Positions 1 through 64,000 of a stretch of DNA of 64,000 nucleotides are shown here, piece after piece. The notes under the pieces were generated by a model. The model was given only the letters and a program-made list of their open reading frames with translations, was not told the DNA's origin and searched no databases. Made by a program: the position numbers and the translations under genes. Source of the DNA: Glycera tridactyla (taxonomy: Eukaryota); assembly GCA_965644265.1 (NCBI GenBank), contig OZ286466.1, forward strand, positions 9,114,001-9,178,000. The letters are read 5' to 3'. Positions within the stretch are counted from its first letter, which is position 1. Every line of letters begins with the position of its first letter.

Positions 1-1302
1 ACGAAAAGTCACGAAATATCAACCGCGAGGACATTTGGCACACAAAACGTATCACGGGGCACAGTAACAATACAAGAACAGTTCCACGGCACATTTCATG
101 AGTCACACTGTCATTGAATGGAGTTTCAGAGAAAAACATGTTTCACAGTGGTGAATGCATGGTGGCACATGGGTGGTGGGGTGTTCGTGTACCTATGCTC
201 CTACATAATGCAGCTAACAATTGGTGATGCACCTCACAATTACTGACCTGTCAAAGATGTTTAACTCATGTGGTGGATCATGATGGTGGCTTCCCGTGGA
301 GCACTTTAGGAGTAGCGATATCCTAAGGCATCAAGGAGGGTATCTGCAAACTTTCTTGCAAGACTTCTGATCCAGTGACAGCGACCTCCGGGGCGAATGT
401 GTCGAAAGTAATCTTCACATAGAAGGTAGCCCAGATATAGGTGCTGACACCGATCTCTCCTAAGATACCGATGATATCACCAACCACCAATCATGTGTCC
501 GGATTTTATTTACGGTAAACAATTACGTTAGATACGGGCGAAGGTGTCTTGTTCTCTTTTTAGCAGAGTCTATTTTATCGAGACGGTGACGCTATTTGCA
601 GGAGGGTAGCGAAATTACAATAGCAGCAGTGAAGGACTCCCCCATCGGTTTACAAAGTGGACTCTTCCACTTTTCACTCGAGCAGCGGTGGTTCTCCACT
701 TGCACGAGATCTCCACGCGCACGAGATCTGCATATCTCGCTTCACACCTGTTGCAAGACAATGGCACCTGTTTGCCTTTGAAGATCTGTTAGATCTTCCT
801 TTGATCTTCAGCCTGCTATAACTTTGAAAGTTTTAGGCGCAGTCCAGTCATACTTTCTGACATAACGTAGTTTATGTTTCCAATTAATACTGCAATTCTC
901 TCCGAAAATCTAGAATCTTAAAATACACATTATTTAAATCATCCAAATCGGAGTTAATTACACAGGCAGAGAATTTAGCTCCCTCTTTTCTGACAAAATC
1001 GAATCAGAGCTGCAGTCAGAGCAGGGGTTGTATCTACCTCTCTGTTCAGTCATATGATCGAGATTACCACTGAAAAGAACAAGACGGGCTATACTGAGCC
1101 GTCAATAGGAAATTTACTGCCGAAACAACGATTCGTTAGATTTAATTTCCTCATCCCATGTGATCCTAGAACTAGGCCTATAGCCATAAAAGGACAGTAT
1201 TAGACCCTCGATTGTGGGACGAGATGTCACTGTTCCAGGGCTAGACCATAATAATTCCATATTACATATCAAATAACATCACGACCTTTTCGTGGTGTTA
1301 CA
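1..1302. other. Unidentified non-coding segment ending in GTTACA, possibly an LTR edge inserted into the DIRS end
   Basis: GTTACA at 1297-1302 abuts the point where DIRS similarity begins; no coding motif recognised. Confidence 0.25.
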
Positions 1303-1587
1303 CATTGCTCCCTCAAATTGGATGGTCCCTCCCGTCCGTCCCCGCTGTAGAGCTATATAGGAGCTCGTTGAAAAAATACACAGAGAGACAGTGGTTGCCG
1401 GGTGACGTCGGGAGGCGTTGTATGGGAGCCACCTAGTGGATCCCATAAACGGGAGGGCTGTCATCCCCAAAAGTTTTTGTAGTAATGTTGGCACGTAGGC
1501 CCTTCGGCCTGGGGAATGCAGAATTTGAGGGAGAAATGGGTAAGCATAGATCCCCAGGTTGAATAAACAAACCTGGGGGGGGGGGGG
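1303..1587 (+). mobile_element. Right end of a second, related DIRS family
   Basis: Colinear with 58651-58931: CTCCCTCAAATTG, CCGCTGTAGAGCTATATAG, TCGGCCTGGGGAATGC, TTTGAGGGAGAAATGGGTAAG, ATAGATCCCCAGGTT-9 nt-AACCT then a G run; centre diverged; no ICR upstream. Confidence 0.8.
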
Positions 1588-1887
1588 TTCTGCCTATATA
1601 GAAATATTTCAGTTATAACCTCATCTTCACATCTGATCAGAGGAAATGCGATAAAACTGAATATCGGATCTGATCCATAATGAAGTTTGTAATTATTGAG
1701 CAATTAAGATTCATTCTGTGCCATCATTGCATAACCCAGTCCAAAATGTTGGTGAAATGCACAATATACTATACACAATAAATTTGTTTTTATTTTGGAA
1801 TTGAGATTTCACGGAAACAACACATGAAGATATTTCATCAAATACATTTTTTCTGACTCATTTTTCATGTTCATTCTCATCTTCCAG

Positions 1888-63271
<61,384 letters not shown>

Positions 63272-64000
63272 GTGAGTAGAATGTCATATGTTGAATGCTT
63301 TCATCATCATGAAATGATACAATCCAAAGTCACCTTTGAATAATATCTATTGAGACATTGCCCCTATTAAGTTCCATATTATCGTATATGGGAGCAGAAG
63401 TTCTGTAGGCCGGAAACGTTTGACTTTGGGAGAGTCTATATATTGATGGCCCGAAAATTTACATTATGCCTCTTTTTATCAGCAATGTTTGCATGACCAG
63501 GCAAAAGAGTTTGACATCACATGAAAATCCTTTCAATTTGAATAGGTCTCAGAATTATTACAAGCATGCCCTATTTCTTGAACTTTCTGAGGCATCATTT
63601 TATCACATGGTAATTCACACAATTTATGTGGATGCTGGAGCAGTCAATCAAAGTGGATTCATGTGTCTATCATGTACAATATAATGGGATCACCATCAAA
63701 GTCCTCATCGATAAAAGAAAAATACTGCTGATCTGGTGTATGTTATGTGACTTACCATGATTTAGATTTCCGCTGAATAGCCATCAATCCTAACATTCTG
63801 AGATCCCTTCATATTACCTTGCTCTCTCGCTATTACTTTGAATATTCAGTGTATGCCGGGAAAAGTCCAAAACTGATTTGTTACAATAGTTTTGCGAATG
63901 GATGTATTATGAAAAGATATTGTCAATCTGGAATTTGTCATACATGATGACTCCTCAATGCCATAATGAGATTTGAGGCAAGGATACACCTGAGATTATC

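Noticed and set aside
363-374. PBS-like TGGATCAGAAGT on the minus strand
   Set aside because: Only a partial resemblance to a tRNA primer site and no clear LTR end beside it.

Overview
Eukaryotic (animal, probably marine invertebrate; taxon not determinable here) genomic DNA from a gapped assembly (N runs at 25462-25704, 46055-46226, 46807-46938). The window is the interior of one very large + strand gene; no start or stop exon is visible. By hand I trace 70 AG/GT-flanked coding exons (1888-63271), all phase 1-1, splicing into a stop-free frame of 8382 nt (about 2794 aa). They encode 47 EGF-like, 10 fibronectin type II (FN2) and 3 LDL-receptor class A-like modules, plus 10 micro-exons. The exons form a 19-exon, about 750-aa super-repeat (11 EGF, micro-exon, FN2, micro-exon, 2 FN2, micro-exon, LDLa, EGF) present as 3 complete units and 1 partial unit; the middle units look like recombinant chimeras. 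Introns carry a full-length DIRS1-type tyrosine-recombinase retrotransposon (51118-58931) whose empty site survives in the neighbouring unit, the right end of a related DIRS (1303-1587), a 5'-truncated CR1/L2-group LINE, and two non-autonomous TIR elements. Exon letters A-L, m1-m3 and FN2a-c are my own labels. No database search was possible, so novelty claims are untested.
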